This document shows positions 23,102-23,806 of a stretch of 23,806 nt of DNA, piece after piece. Source of the DNA: Polyangiaceae bacterium (lineage in GTDB: Bacteria > Myxococcota_A > Polyangia > Polyangiales > Polyangiaceae); contig JAPSGB010000059.1 of assembly GCA_035063585.1 (NCBI GenBank), positions 1 to 23,806 on the forward strand, written 5' to 3'. The notes beneath the pieces are model-generated. The model did no database searches. It saw only the letters and a list, made by a program, of their open reading frames with translations, and was not told the DNA's origin. Numbering within the stretch: position 1 is the first letter of the stretch; every line of letters begins with the position of its first letter. The position numbers were made by a program, and so were the translations under genes.

Positions 23102-23806
23102 CTACGGGCAGGTGGCGTCCTCGTAGAAGGCGCCGCCCGCCTTGATGGCTTCGCAGAGCGAGAGGCACTGCCTGGTCGGCGAGGGACCCGCGCACGGCCG
23201 CATCTGGCCGTCGAGCGTAGAAACCGGGCACACCGCGGGCATCACCCAACAGACCCCCGGCAGGTCGGCCGCAGAGCACTCCTGCTTGTCCTTGAGTCGG
23301 TGCACGCAGGTGGCCCCCTGGGGGCACGCTCTCGGCACCATGCCGCCACAGGTCGCGATGTTCACCGGCCCACCCGACCTACAGGCCCCGGGAGACGAGG
23401 CCGTGACGCCGTGGAGCTTGCGCAGGCAGTCATTCCAGTAGGTGACGCCGTCGCATCCGCACACGGGCTGCTCGTTGGGGTCGCACTTCACCGGGCGATC
23501 CTCGCAGCTTCCCTGCGCAACGCGACACGCGGCCCTCGAGCAGAATTGGCCCGTCTTACAGTCGCCGTTGTCCTGGCAGCTCAGAGTCGTGCCGCCGCCG
23601 GTGCCGCCGGAGCCACCCGTGCCGCCGGTGCCGCCAGCGCCACCCGTGCCGCCGGTGCCGCCAGCGCCACCCGTGCCGCCGCTGCCGCCAGCGCCACCCG
23701 TCCCGCCGATGCCGCCAGCGCCACCCGTCCCGCCGCTGCCGCCAGCGCCACCCGTCCCGCCGATGCCGCCAGCGCCACCCGTCCCGCCGCTGCCGCCAGC
23801 GCCACC
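23102..23806 (-). CDS. C-terminal part of a Cys-rich protein with a Gly-rich linker and a Kazal-like domain; the 5' end lies beyond the window end
   Basis: Frame open from 23806 to the TAG at 23102 (235 codons): (GGAGG[S/I/T]GGT)n-TLSCQDNGDCKTGQFC...CDPNEQPVCGCDGVTYWNDC... The ORF track shows only the internal part. Confidence 0.85.
   Translation of the reverse strand, partial: GGAGGSGGTGGAGGIGGTGGAGGSGGTGGAGGIGGTGGAGGSGGTGGAGGTGGTGGAGGTGGTGGSGGTGGGTTLSCQDNGDCKTGQFCSRAACRVAQGSCEDRPVKCDPNEQPVCGCDGVTYWNDCLRKLHGVTASSPGACRSGGPVNIATCGGMVPRACPQGATCVHRLKDKQECSAADLPGVCWVMPAVCPVSTLDGQMRPCAGPSPTRQCLSLCEAIKAGGAFYEDATCP
23591..23806. repeat. 27-bp tandem repeat, at least 8 copies, encoding GGAGG(S/I/T)GGT
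   Basis: Consensus CGT(C/G)CCGCCG(C/A/G)TGCCGCCAGCGCCACC. The last units alternate between two variants, giving a 54-bp higher-order period. Runs off the window edge. Confidence 0.95.

Noticed and set aside
23581..23805. Ala-rich 74-aa minus-strand ORF
   Set aside because: Alternative frame of the 27-bp repeat. The Gly-rich frame is the one continuous with the Kazal-like domain.

Overview
Very GC-rich bacterial DNA, most consistent with a myxobacterium (Polyangiales-like), judged from Gly-rich-linker, Cys-rich lipoproteins and codon style. The window has three blocks. (1) Four minus-strand Cys- and/or Gly-rich secreted or lipoprotein genes (two truncated by the window edges), three with tandem-repeat linkers. 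(2) A ~15 kb ion-homeostasis island: a CPA1 (NhaP-like) antiporter with a stand-alone TrkA/RCK gene, a CPA2 antiporter with USP-like tail, a Cu(I)/Ag(I) CusCBA-type RND operon behind a consensus sigma-54 promoter with phased palindromic sites, a paralogous CPA2 antiporter fused to a PTS EIIA domain, and a ClC-CBS-RCK_C protein. (3) An oxidative pentose-phosphate block: gnd divergent from zwf-opcA, followed by a glutaredoxin-fold gene lacking its active-site Cys, with no pgl. The Gnd carries an Asp where NADP enzymes have Asn-Arg-Thr. No RNA genes, CRISPR arrays or mobile elements were seen. All family assignments come from motif recognition by eye; no searches were run.
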